Shown: positions 29,467-37,945 of the stretch, in pieces
Layout of the letters: each line of letters begins with the position of its first letter
Position numbering within the stretch: position 1 is the stretch's first letter
Assembly (NCBI GenBank): GCA_003056285.1
Contig: NDWU01000001.1
Span: 37,236-101,235 of the forward strand
DNA length: 64,000 bases
Reading direction: 5' to 3'
Source: Candidatus Terraquivivens tikiterensis
Lineage (GTDB): Archaea; Thermoproteota; Nitrososphaeria_A; Caldarchaeales; Wolframiiraptoraceae
Notes under the pieces: model-generated
Database searches by the model: none
What the model saw: the letters and a program-made list of their open reading frames with translations, nothing else
What the model was told of the DNA's origin: nothing
Translations under genes and position numbers: made by a program

Positions 29467-30643
29467 CGCCGCCGGATATTTTTAAAGCCTCCACGAGCGG
29501 GGCGAGTTTGTACTCTGTCTCCTTCCACTCGTTTTCCGCTTTCGATTCGGCGACTATGCCGGCGCCAGCTTGGATGAAAGCCCTGCCATCGTTTACGAAC
29601 ATCGTCCTGATAGCTATCGCAAAGTCGGAGTTGCCGTTGAATGACACGTAGCCTACAGAGCCAGCGTACGGCCCCCTTCTTGTAGGCTCCAGCCCCTCTA
29701 TGATCTCCATGGCCCTAAGCTTTGGCGCGCCTGTTACCGTACCTGCCGGAAAAACGGCCCTAAGCGCGTCGTAGCAATCGTAGCCTTCCCTTAGTTCGCC
29801 GACGATCCTTGAGACCATGTGTAGGACGTGGCTATACTTGTGCAAACTTTTCAGCTCCAGGACCCGGACGCTACCGAACTTTGAGACCCTGCCGAGGTCG
29901 TTCCTCGCGAGGTCGACGAGCATCATGTGCTCCGAAAGCTCCTTTGGGTCGTTGAGCAGCTCCCTTTCGTTACCGCGAGGCCTCGTGCCGGCGATGGGAA
30001 GGGTTTCGACGATGTTTCCATGGACCCTAACGAGCGCCTCAGGACTAGAGCCAACGAGGTATCGCCTGCCCATCTTCAAGATGTACATGTAGGGGGATGG
30101 GTTGAGCCTCCGTAGAGCTGAATAAAGCAAGACGACGTTCCCTTTCACATAGAATTCGTACCTCCTCGAAAGGACTACTTGGAACACGTCGCCGGCAGCT
30201 ATGTAATCTTTCGCAGCCTCCACCATGGACATGAAATCTTCCTTTCTTATGTTTGGTCTAAGCTCTGTATGGTATAGGAACTGTTGGCTAGGCCTCCTAG
30301 ATAGCAAAGGCGCAACCTCGTCGAGCCTATCCCTTCCGATGTAGTAGTAGCACGCCCTTCCGTCCTCTACGTCAAAGAGCAGCCCGTCGTAGTACACCCC
30401 GAACTCCATATCAGGAAAGCCATGCTCGTCGATCGTGTTTTTGGGCAACCTTTCCAAGTACCTAACAAAGTCGTAGGATACGTAACCAACGGCGCCCCCA
30501 ACAAAGCTAAGCCCAGTACCGTCACGGCGTACCGGGCCCACAAAGTCCCTCAATGCCTGTAACGGGTCGTACGTTCTTTCCCGTACAATGCCCTCGGGAG
30601 ACTTGACAACACACTCGCCGTCCTTGAGCGTAAGGGTCCTCAA
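29432..30643 (-). CDS. trpE: Anthranilate synthase component I
   Basis: Chorismate-binding enzyme C-terminal blocks (..GAPK..A.E.I.ELE.., ..GGAVGY..). The start appears to be TTG at 30643. Confidence 0.85.
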   Translation of the reverse strand: MRTLTLKDGECVVKSPEGIVRERTYDPLQALRDFVGPVRRDGTGLSFVGGAVGYVSYDFVRYLERLPKNTIDEHGFPDMEFGVYYDGLLFDVEDGRACYYYIGRDRLDEVAPLLSRRPSQQFLYHTELRPNIRKEDFMSMVEAAKDYIAAGDVFQVVLSRRYEFYVKGNVVLLYSALRRLNPSPYMYILKMGRRYLVGSSPEALVRVHGNIVETLPIAGTRPRGNERELLNDPKELSEHMMLVDLARNDLGRVSKFGSVRVLELKSLHKYSHVLHMVSRIVGELREGYDCYDALRAVFPAGTVTGAPKLRAMEIIEGLEPTRRGPYAGSVGYVSFNGNSDFAIAIRTMFVNDGRAFIQAGAGIVAESKAENEWKETEYKLAPLVEALKISGGDGDEGPNSRQL

Positions 30644-30897
30644 AGGGTCAAAGCCAACTAAGCACTTTCGAGCAACCCTGCAACTTGGGTTTGCAAACTC
30701 TATCAGGTACGCATACTCGTAGCACTCGCTTAAGTTAATAAAAACTTCAAGCGGCGAGAGGTCGGTGCGTAACCCCTTGAACGCTGCCCGCTCGTATACC
30801 TGCTTACTGCCAAAGGCACATGCCCCGCAACCTTAGCACATGTACGAAGACCGATTGTATTTAATAATTACTGCATAAAAGTGTTCAACGCAAAATC

Positions 30898-30926
30898 TAG
30901 AACGTTTTGTGAGAAACAACGTTCTA
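30898..30926. promoter_or_regulatory. Perfect 9-bp inverted repeat TAGAACGTT-N11-AACGTTCTA in the divergent trpE/thrB intergenic region; candidate operator
   Basis: Directly visible palindrome about 255 bp upstream of the trpE start and about 240 bp upstream of thrB. There is no T-tract after it, so a terminator role is unlikely. Confidence 0.35.
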
Positions 30927-31167
30927 AGCCAAAATAAGCTCAAGCCCGTTTTTGGATGTATAAAAGTGTCGAATCGGCATCCTTGGCGGGAAGTGCTGCA
31001 CCTTAGCCTCAGCATAGCATCGAGCATTTTTATTTACACTCCCTCCCATCTGCTAGGGCTATGCGGGCTTCCCATGAGCTCAGAGGAAGACAAGGCCTGA
31101 TGATTGTGTAGACCAGAACCCCTCACGATTATGCTTAGATACTTCCCGCTGGCGGTTATGCACGAGC

Positions 31168-32151
31168 ATGAGGGGGCGGGACGTCGTAACGGTATGGGTT
31201 CCTTCCAGCTCTGCCAACTTAGGGCCGGGCTTCGACGTGCTTTCCGTAGCGCTCAAAGAGCCGTCGCTAAGGGTAAGCCTATCGTCAACAAGCGGCGACG
31301 GGATCAAGCTCACGGTAAAGGGTAGATACGGAGAGGCTATTCAGGCTAACCCGGAGTTCCACTCCGGCTGCAAGGCCCTCAAGAGGCTCATGGCCGAGCG
31401 TAGCATCGAGCAGGGTTTCGAGATGGTCGTCCATGTCGACATACCCCCTAGAAAGGGTCTTGGGCTCTCGGGTGCCGAGGCTGCGGGCGCCGTCGTAGCG
31501 GCGAACGAGTTGTTGTCCTTGGCGCTCCCGAAGGATGAATTGGTCTACTACGCTTCGCACGGCGAGCCGGAAGGGCATATGGACAACGTATCCGCATCGG
31601 TGTGCGGAGGTTTCAACATAGTGGTTAAGGATTACGTAACGGGCATGCCGCGTGTTTACAGTTTCAGACCACCGCCAGACCTAGGGACTATCGTCATAGT
31701 CCCGAGGGTCGAGAAGAGGTCGACGGAGGAGGCAAGGAGCGTTGTTCCTAGGCTCATCCCTAGGGAAGCTATGGTCGAGAACGTTTCCAGAGTCGCCGCG
31801 GTATCCGCGGGCTTCATCACGGGCGACGTAGAGTGCATCCTGAAGAACATAGCTTGGGATATGGTCGTAGAGAAGGCTAGGGCCGATTCTCGGGTGTACG
31901 GGAATGGCATAGATTGGAGATTCTTGGAGGAGGAGAAGCTTCACTTATTCAAAGAGTACGGTGTAGCCGAGACGATAAGCGGAGCCGGGCCCTCCAGGAT
32001 TTTATGGTACAGCATATCCAGGCACTCAGGCGTGATAGAAGAGGCCTTGGGTTACGTTGTAGACCGTATCAGGGAGCTCGGTTATGGCGTGGAAGCTATT
32101 TTCAAGACGCGCCCGTCCGAGATTGGTGCTTACAAACTGCCGGATGAATAG
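31168..32151 (+). CDS. thrB: Homoserine kinase (GHMP kinase family)
   Basis: ThrB N-terminal motif ..VPSSSANLGPGFD.. and GHMP ATP-binding loop ..PPRKGLGLSGAEAAG.. Confidence 0.8.
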   Translation: MRGRDVVTVWVPSSSANLGPGFDVLSVALKEPSLRVSLSSTSGDGIKLTVKGRYGEAIQANPEFHSGCKALKRLMAERSIEQGFEMVVHVDIPPRKGLGLSGAEAAGAVVAANELLSLALPKDELVYYASHGEPEGHMDNVSASVCGGFNIVVKDYVTGMPRVYSFRPPPDLGTIVIVPRVEKRSTEEARSVVPRLIPREAMVENVSRVAAVSAGFITGDVECILKNIAWDMVVEKARADSRVYGNGIDWRFLEEEKLHLFKEYGVAETISGAGPSRILWYSISRHSGVIEEALGYVVDRIRELGYGVEAIFKTRPSEIGAYKLPDE

Positions 32152-32183
32152 TTTATTAACAGGGGCATTCGGCTTTAGTTGTA

Positions 32184-32600
32184 ATGTACGACGATGAGCT
32201 TGAAAAAATCAAGCAGCGCAAGCTCGCCGAGATCATGAGTAGGATGTCTGGAGCCGAAAAGAGCTTTGCCACGCGTACGCCCCCAGAGCCCGTTACCCTT
32301 ACTGACGAGAACTTTGACGAATTCGTCTCGAACAACAGGCTGGCCGTTGTAGACTTTTGGGCAGAATGGTGCGCACCATGCAGGATGATTGCGCCCATCG
32401 TCAAAGAGCTCGCAAAGGATTACGCAGGCAGGATAGCTTTCGGGAAGCTCAACGTAGACGAGAATCCGATGACTGCTGCAAAGTTCGGTATAATGAGCAT
32501 ACCCACGCTGATAGTTTTCAAGGATGGGCAGCCGGTCGACATGATAGTCGGTGCTGTGCCGAAAAGGCAGATAGAGGTCAGGCTGAACAGGCATCTCTAA
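32184..32600 (+). CDS. trxA: Thioredoxin
   Basis: Active site WCAPC in a thioredoxin fold of about 110 aa with a short N-terminal extension. Confidence 0.85.
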   Translation: MYDDELEKIKQRKLAEIMSRMSGAEKSFATRTPPEPVTLTDENFDEFVSNNRLAVVDFWAEWCAPCRMIAPIVKELAKDYAGRIAFGKLNVDENPMTAAKFGIMSIPTLIVFKDGQPVDMIVGAVPKRQIEVRLNRHL

Positions 32601-32770
32601 AGCCTTGACACACCACGCCGGCTGAAGGCCTCCATCGGTCGTTCGTAGCCCTCATAGGCTGCATCTTCGTCCTAGGGGGTAGGGTGCGCCGCCGCGCCGT
32701 AGGAAACAATTAAAGACATAAACAGGCATGGGTCTTGAGCGGATTGTCGTAAAAGCGCGGACAGAATGGG

Positions 32771-32813
32771 TGATGCGTTAAGCTTGAGATGTGGGGAATT
32801 TCCCTGTACGGAT
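32771..32813 (+). repeat. Family C short repeated motif, copy 1
   Basis: TGATGCGTT..CTTGAGATGTGGGGAATTTCCC..CGGAT, shared with 37751-37824. It contains the near-palindrome GGGGAATTTCCC. Confidence 0.4.
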
Positions 32814-32906
32814 GACCCTAGGCTCGAAAGGCAGGAGGAGACGTACGGGGCGGGTTCGACCCGAAAGGGTAGTGCCTGATGATGGCCAAGGCCTAAGCAT
32901 GATGAC

Positions 32907-33068
32907 AATAGGCCAGAGCCCGTAAATGACTTCCCCATACGGAGATGCCGTATGCCTGCCGAGCCTCTCCTAACTATTCCTGGCCGGAGGCTTATTCGGG
33001 TTTTGTATATCCAGCCGCATACGGGCGAACGGATCAGAGAATTTAAAATCTTGAGGGCGATCCATGGT
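32907..33068 (+). repeat. Family B repeated element, copy 1, carrying a BRE/TATA-like box
   Basis: AATAGGCC...GGCCGGAGGCTTATTCGGG (32982-33000). 41 nt downstream lies TCCAGCCGCATACGGGCGAAC..GAGAATTTAAAATC (TATA-like 33042-33049) ..GGCGATCCATGG. The same order and spacing occur at 41176-41287. Confidence 0.6.
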
Positions 33069-33432
33069 ATACCCAAGCATGTGGGCCTTCTCACCAACTG
33101 TGGCAACCTCTTTCCAAAGGAGCGATAGAGGCGACAGCCGAGGTATCTTTGGCAACGTTCTGGAGTCCAGCACGCTCCAGCGTCTAAAAGCGAACGCTTA
33201 TGTTTTCCTCCAGCTTTTTGTCGTCAGCCCGAGGGCACGTGTTTGGTGAAAAGCACCCAGTAAAGCTGGGGCGTTGGGGCTTAGAGGCAGTATAATGTAA
33301 GCCCATGACCGCCTAGAGGCGTTGGGCAGGAAGCCAGGAGACGGGGAGTCCATGGGCTTACAGCGTTGTATAACTTAATAGGAGGCTATTCATCTTCAGC
33401 ATTTAGGACAGAAGAAGGCTGGTTGTAAGAGT

Positions 33433-34362
33433 TTGGAGGCCTTAGGATGGGCTGACCTGGCTGAGTACGTCAGGGTAACGAGGGCTGAGATAGACAGGAA
33501 GCTCTCGGAGAAGATCAAGAATAGGAGCGACAGAATCGTCATAGGCAACGTTCTTTCTGGCGGGAAGAGGTTGAGGCCTACCCTACTTATGCTCGTTTAC
33601 GATGCGCTCGGAGGAAAAGACAGGGATGCGGCGCTTGACGTTGCCTGTGCCCTGGAGTTGGCACACAACGCAAGCTTGATCCACGACGACATAATCGACG
33701 GCGACGTCGAAAGGAGGGGTAAGCCTGCGCTCTGGAGGCAGATAGGTATAGCGAGCGCGGTCATACAGGGGCACAGGATCATCAACCTTGCGTTCCAGAC
33801 GATACTCGATAAGGGGATCGAGCTTGCCAAGATATTCCTCAAGGCATGGAACGATGCTTCTACTGGCGTGCTGGAAGAGATATTCTCAGGAGAACCGTTC
33901 TCTAAAAAGCTATACGCGAGGATAGCCAAGGAGAAAACCGCCGCGCTCTTCGCCGCTGCCGCCGAGAGCGCAGCGGTGCTCGCACGCTCCGGCGAGGACG
34001 TAAGGAAGCTGATGAGGGAGTACGGCGAGATGGTAGGGATGGCCTACCAGCTGGCAGACGATTACGTTGAGATAGCGAGGGGGAAAAGAGGCCTGAACCT
34101 CCCCATCTTTATGCTCAGGCAATTCGAGGAGACTGTAAGACAGCTTTACGTGGCCACAAAGACCGGCAACCTTCGCGCGATCCTACCAAAGGTCTCCTTC
34201 AGCATAAAGGGGGATGGCATATTCGTAAAGGAGATCAGGGATTATATAGCGAGGGCAAAAGAGATCACCTCAAGCCCTTTGATACCCGATTCCCGGTACA
34301 AGGCCATGCTCGCGGAGTTTCCAAGGTACTGCGTGGATTCCATGCTGAAGGAGCTAAGGTAG
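33433..34362 (+). CDS. idsA: Geranylgeranyl diphosphate synthase (trans-polyprenyl synthetase)
   Basis: First DDxxD motif LIHDDIIDGD and second motif LADDYVE. Confidence 0.85.
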   Translation: MEALGWADLAEYVRVTRAEIDRKLSEKIKNRSDRIVIGNVLSGGKRLRPTLLMLVYDALGGKDRDAALDVACALELAHNASLIHDDIIDGDVERRGKPALWRQIGIASAVIQGHRIINLAFQTILDKGIELAKIFLKAWNDASTGVLEEIFSGEPFSKKLYARIAKEKTAALFAAAAESAAVLARSGEDVRKLMREYGEMVGMAYQLADDYVEIARGKRGLNLPIFMLRQFEETVRQLYVATKTGNLRAILPKVSFSIKGDGIFVKEIRDYIARAKEITSSPLIPDSRYKAMLAEFPRYCVDSMLKELR

Positions 34363-34389
34363 CTATGCCGTTGTGGGATTCGTAGATTC

Positions 34390-35231
34390 TCATCCCTTCC
34401 CCCTCACCTCTACCGTTAGAGGCTCATGGAGGGCTTTCGGGGGCAACGGCGCTCCCCTCATCCTGAGCATGTTTAGACATGCAGTTATGTCTCTATCGTT
34501 TTCATATCCGCATTCGCACTTTAGAAGCCTATGCCCATTCGGTGCTAGCTTTCCACACATATCAGGCATAGGCTCGAAGTCCCTTTTGGACTTACATATA
34601 CAACTGGCAAACCTTTGAGTTTGGCCTTGTACTCGATGTAGGATTGGAGCCTCCTGAAGTTCCACGAATGTAACCTTCGGTTCAGCATCCTGTCGTAGTT
34701 TATCCGTTGCCTTATCCATTTTAGGTCCTCCATGATGATGCCCATTTTGTGCTCCTTGGCGAAGTCAACGATTCTCCTCGCTATCTTGTGGCACTCCTCC
34801 ATGACTTTACGCCTCCTTCTGCCAGAATACTTTTCAGCAACCTTTTCGCCGTCTTGGGCTTAAACTTTCTCAGCCTCTGGACGTTCCTGATGATGTTGAA
34901 GTACGTCGTGTGGACGGTTCTCAGCCTTGTATCGAACCTAAGGACGTGAGGGTTTGAGCTTACGGCTGTAACGTTAGATTAGAAAGGTCTACATCTTTCT
35001 TAAAGGGATTGCTAAAGCTATTTTGCAAGCTGAATGACAAAAATGCTTTGAATAATCCCAACGCCTTTTCCATTCTTTATATATGCCTTTCCTAAGCTTT
35101 GCAAAAGACGTGATTCTTTTCTTGAATGCATACTCTATGCAAAAGTTAATCATGTTTCTAAAATCTTCTAGAAGCTTCTTTACCTCGTTGCTAGCATCGT
35201 AATCGAACGGTACGCCAAGAACTACTTCCAT
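34390..35231 (-). pseudogene. tnpB: Degraded IS200/IS605-family tnpB (OrfB) remnant, frameshifted and internally deleted
   Basis: Three minus-strand ORF fragments in different frames match parts of TnpB: an N-terminal part (34989-35231), a RuvC-like middle (..YVSPKGTSSLC..) and a C-terminal Zn-finger (..LLKCECGYENDRDITACLNMLRM..). Together they span far less than a full ~400-aa TnpB. No tnpA and no terminal hairpins were identified. Confidence 0.6.
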
Positions 35232-35284
35232 GATAAGAGTATACTCTAAAACGTCATAAATCTATCTATTCGGAAACAGCTGGC

Positions 35285-35743
35285 TTACCTCTTTGAATAC
35301 TTCCTCTCTATCTCCTCAAGCTTCCTCACGTTCTCTTCCTCGGAGGGGTCGAAATCCGTCGAGAACCAAGCATCCAGTATCTTCTTTGCCTCCTCCTCGG
35401 TCGTCTCCGAGAGGCTCATCGCAAGAACGTTGGGCTTGTTCCACTTCCTTGCGCCCCTAGCGATTTCGCTGCTGCTGCATAGGGCTGCCCTTATGCCCGG
35501 AACCTTGTTGGCCGCTATCGTGACGCCGGTCCCAGTCCAGCAGAACAGTATCCCTTCGTCCGCCTCTCCCTTGAGGATGCTCTCCGCAACCTCTAAAGCA
35601 ACGTCCGGCCACGGTGCAAAACCCTTGGATAGGGCACCGCAGAGCTTGACAGTATGGCCTCTCCTCTTCAACTCTTCAACCACGAAGTCCGTCAGCTTTG
35701 TCCTCTCGTCGCTTCCTACGGCTATCCTCATAACACCATACAA
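35285..35743 (-). CDS. rpiB: Ribose-5-phosphate isomerase B (RpiB/LacA/LacB family)
   Basis: RpiB blocks ..RIAVGSDE.., ..GILFCWTGTGVTIAANKVPGIRAA.. The start is probably at the internal Met (MRIAV..). Confidence 0.75.
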   Translation of the reverse strand: MYGVMRIAVGSDERTKLTDFVVEELKRRGHTVKLCGALSKGFAPWPDVALEVAESILKGEADEGILFCWTGTGVTIAANKVPGIRAALCSSSEIARGARKWNKPNVLAMSLSETTEEEAKKILDAWFSTDFDPSEEENVRKLEEIERKYSKR

Positions 35744-35759
35744 AACGGCATGGTCTTAT

Positions 35760-36158
35760 TTAGTGTTTAATCTTTCTAAGCAGAGCCCTTAGCGTCCCTG
35801 AAACTTTTAGGACGTCGAGGGAGAGGGTTTTTCCCCCAACGTCTTTGATTAGGGTTACGGCGGCTATCAGCTTCCTGACGTGCTCCGAGTTGCACCTTAT
35901 CACGATCCAATTTTTTTGCATTCTAACTAGGTAAGGGTTAACGTCTGCATACCCTAAAGCTCCGACGAGGTACTGGAGGCTCGACTGTATTGCCCTCCAG
36001 ACGTCGGACTTATCTAGCACGACGTCCTCTGGAAAAGCCCTTAGGAAGACGTACCGGTGCCTAATCCTCGGCAAGCCAAACGCCCTCTTGGAGCATTTTG
36101 CCCGATAGCTTAGCCCTGTTTCTTGCAAGTATGTTGGACGGTATGCTGGAAAGCGCAT
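35760..36158 (-). CDS. RNase P protein component 2 (Pop5 homolog)
   Basis: Matches archaeal Pop5 landmarks: ..RYVFLRAFPE.. near the N-terminus and C-terminal ..VLKVSGTLRALLRK.. The annotated start overlaps the upstream gene by 97 nt, so the true start may be further downstream. Confidence 0.6.
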   Translation of the reverse strand: MRFPAYRPTYLQETGLSYRAKCSKRAFGLPRIRHRYVFLRAFPEDVVLDKSDVWRAIQSSLQYLVGALGYADVNPYLVRMQKNWIVIRCNSEHVRKLIAAVTLIKDVGGKTLSLDVLKVSGTLRALLRKIKH

Positions 36159-36738
36159 CCAGCGAGCGCTCGAAGTTAAGACCCAGCACGTTCAGGAGGC
36201 ATGCGACCTCGAGGGGCCCCTTCTGCTCCACGGGTTTGGAGGCGCAGGAAGAAAAGACGACGCTCAGGCCTTTTAAGTTGATAAATTGAACGAGCGCCCT
36301 AATCTTTTGGAGCGTAGCCTTATCGGACGTAGCATCCGCGAGCGTAAGCTCTATTGGGTTTCGCGTTACGGATAGCATGTGCCTATCGAATGCCATGAAG
36401 CCGTTCGGCCTAAACGCAACCGTGTCAACCCTTCCGTCCCTCAGGGCTACTAGGGCAGCATCCCTTGTCAAGCAGTGTACCGTTAGCACATCGTAGTTAT
36501 GCCTGAGCCTTGCCGCCGCTTCTAGCACATCGCCCCTAGTCCTCGCAGACACGACGGCTTTCTTGTAGAACTCCAAGCCGTACTCGTAGAAGCTACTCTC
36601 CAACCCTTCCGACATATTTTTTGGAACCTCTACGACGAGCGCTGAGTATCCAAGCTCGAATGCCCTTTTGCACATCTCCTTTAGAGCGTCGGCATCGTTA
36701 GGCCTTATCCAGAAGTCGACGAACTTCCTTTTGCCCAC
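36061..36738 (-). CDS. RNase P protein component 3 (Rpp30 homolog), probable
   Basis: About 225-aa TIM-barrel-like protein sitting immediately upstream of pop5, as in the conserved archaeal rpp30-pop5 pair. The sequence match is by overall pattern only. Confidence 0.55.
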   Translation of the reverse strand: MGKRKFVDFWIRPNDADALKEMCKRAFELGYSALVVEVPKNMSEGLESSFYEYGLEFYKKAVVSARTRGDVLEAAARLRHNYDVLTVHCLTRDAALVALRDGRVDTVAFRPNGFMAFDRHMLSVTRNPIELTLADATSDKATLQKIRALVQFINLKGLSVVFSSCASKPVEQKGPLEVACLLNVLGLNFERSLDALSSIPSNILARNRAKLSGKMLQEGVWLAED

Positions 36739-37160
36739 TACTGAACACCCATCTCCTCCTTCAGATCGTCCAGGCTTCCGACGATCCTAACCTCGAGCCT
36801 TATGGCATCCCTTTCCGAGAGCTTCAGCCTTCCTAGGTACGCACACTGCTTGTCAAGCCTAACGTAGAGTATGCCCTCCCCTCCCTTATCCTCGAACGCC
36901 TCGGATACGAGCGTAAGCTTCTCGGGTACGCTCAAGCTTCTCTTCAGGTTTTCCAGAACCGCCCTGGCCTTATCCTCGTCTAACAATTCTAAGGTGAAAA
37001 GGCGTATCGGGTCTCCGTAATGGCCGGTCAGCTGCTCCCTCCTAAGGCGTGCCCCGTCTATGCTGCCCAAAACGTTCTCGAGGGCTTTGAGCACCTTACC
37101 CTCGTCCTCCGTCGCATGGCATATGGCCCTGGCCGTCACGCTGAGAACCCTCATGGTCAA
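36738..37160 (-). CDS. Predicted RNA-binding protein of the exosome/RNase P neighbourhood (DUF54/COG1325-like)
   Basis: About 140 aa with an N-terminal ..VTARAICHATEDEGKV.. pattern that resembles the COG1325 'predicted exosome subunit' family, and the genomic context fits. The identification is tentative. Confidence 0.4.
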   Translation of the reverse strand: MTMRVLSVTARAICHATEDEGKVLKALENVLGSIDGARLRREQLTGHYGDPIRLFTLELLDEDKARAVLENLKRSLSVPEKLTLVSEAFEDKGGEGILYVRLDKQCAYLGRLKLSERDAIRLEVRIVGSLDDLKEEMGVQ

Positions 37161-37197
37161 GGTATGCGGTGGTAGAAGCGGCTGATAAGCTTATTAA

Positions 37198-37707
37198 ATG
37201 GTATCAAAATCGACCGTAAGAAAAATCGAGCGTAGGGTTTGCGGCATGACGGGCGTTTACGCACGGCTTTCGAAGCTTTGGAGGGAGAAGCCGGAGGAGT
37301 TAAAGCAGCTCATGAAGAAGAGGGTAATCGAGTGGCGCAGGCAGCCTGCAATCGTAAGGGTCGATAAGCCGCTTAGGCTCGATAGGGCGAGGAGCCTCGG
37401 CTACAGGGACAAGCAGGGTTATGTCGTCGTTAGGGTAAGGGTGAGGAAGGGAGGCTTTGCGAGGCCGAGGCCAAGGTCTGGTAGGAGGCCGAAGGCCCTC
37501 GGGGTCGTGAAGCATAAGGTCAACGTATCCATGAAGGAGGAGGCCTTGAACAGGGTAAGGAAGAGGTATCCGAACCTATACCCGCTCGGCGCCTACTGGG
37601 TAGCGAGCGACGGCCTCTACAAGTGGTACGAGGTCATACTCGTCGACCCGCACCACCCATCCGTCATAGCTGACAGGAACCTCTCCTTACCGGCAAAGAT
37701 CAGGTAA
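37198..37707 (+). CDS. rpl15e: 50S ribosomal protein L15e
   Basis: Strong L15e pattern: ..LSKLWREKPEELKQLMKKRVIEWRRQPAIVRVDKPLRLDRARSLGYRDKQGYVVVRVRVRKGG.. Confidence 0.9.
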   Translation: MVSKSTVRKIERRVCGMTGVYARLSKLWREKPEELKQLMKKRVIEWRRQPAIVRVDKPLRLDRARSLGYRDKQGYVVVRVRVRKGGFARPRPRSGRRPKALGVVKHKVNVSMKEEALNRVRKRYPNLYPLGAYWVASDGLYKWYEVILVDPHHPSVIADRNLSLPAKIR

Positions 37708-37750
37708 GGGCGCATAGTCGACGGTTTCGGATATGAAAATTTGATGTCTG

Positions 37751-37824
37751 GATGCGTGTACTACGATAAAGACCCGAAGGGAGCAGGTAGAAGACCTTAG
37801 ATGTGGGGACTTTCCCCATCCGAT
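37751..37824 (+). repeat. Family C short repeated motif, copy 2
   Basis: GATGCGT..GACCCGAAGGG..CTTAGATGTGGGGACTTTCCCCATCCGAT. It shares AGATGTGGGGAMTTTCCC and GACCCGAA(A)GGG with the 32771-32879 region, in a different order. Confidence 0.4.
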
Positions 37825-37945
37825 CGGTAAAGGATCAAGATTTCCTCACGAGTTTAAAAGTGAGCAGGCCTCCCTCCGTGGAGGCTTGTGCTGGACAGGA
37901 CCGGGAACTGTCTAAGGCTTTATAACTGGCGGCTAAAGGGTCTCA

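Noticed and set aside
30898-30926. Inverted repeat upstream of trpE considered as an intrinsic terminator
   Set aside because: It lies between divergently transcribed genes and is not followed by an oligo-T tract on either strand. A regulatory binding site is the more sensible reading.
33064-33249. 61-aa ORF inside the orphan-promoter segment
   Set aside because: It has no protein-like pattern. The region is better explained as non-coding RNA or regulatory DNA, and this is kept only as a remote possibility.
32601-33432. Calling this region outright as the RNase P RNA or SRP RNA gene
   Set aside because: I could not find the universal P4 sequences (AGGAAAGUCCGGGC / ACAGAANCCGGCUUA) or the SRP helix-8 GGAA-loop consensus by eye on either strand. 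It is left as an unassigned candidate pending covariance-model search.
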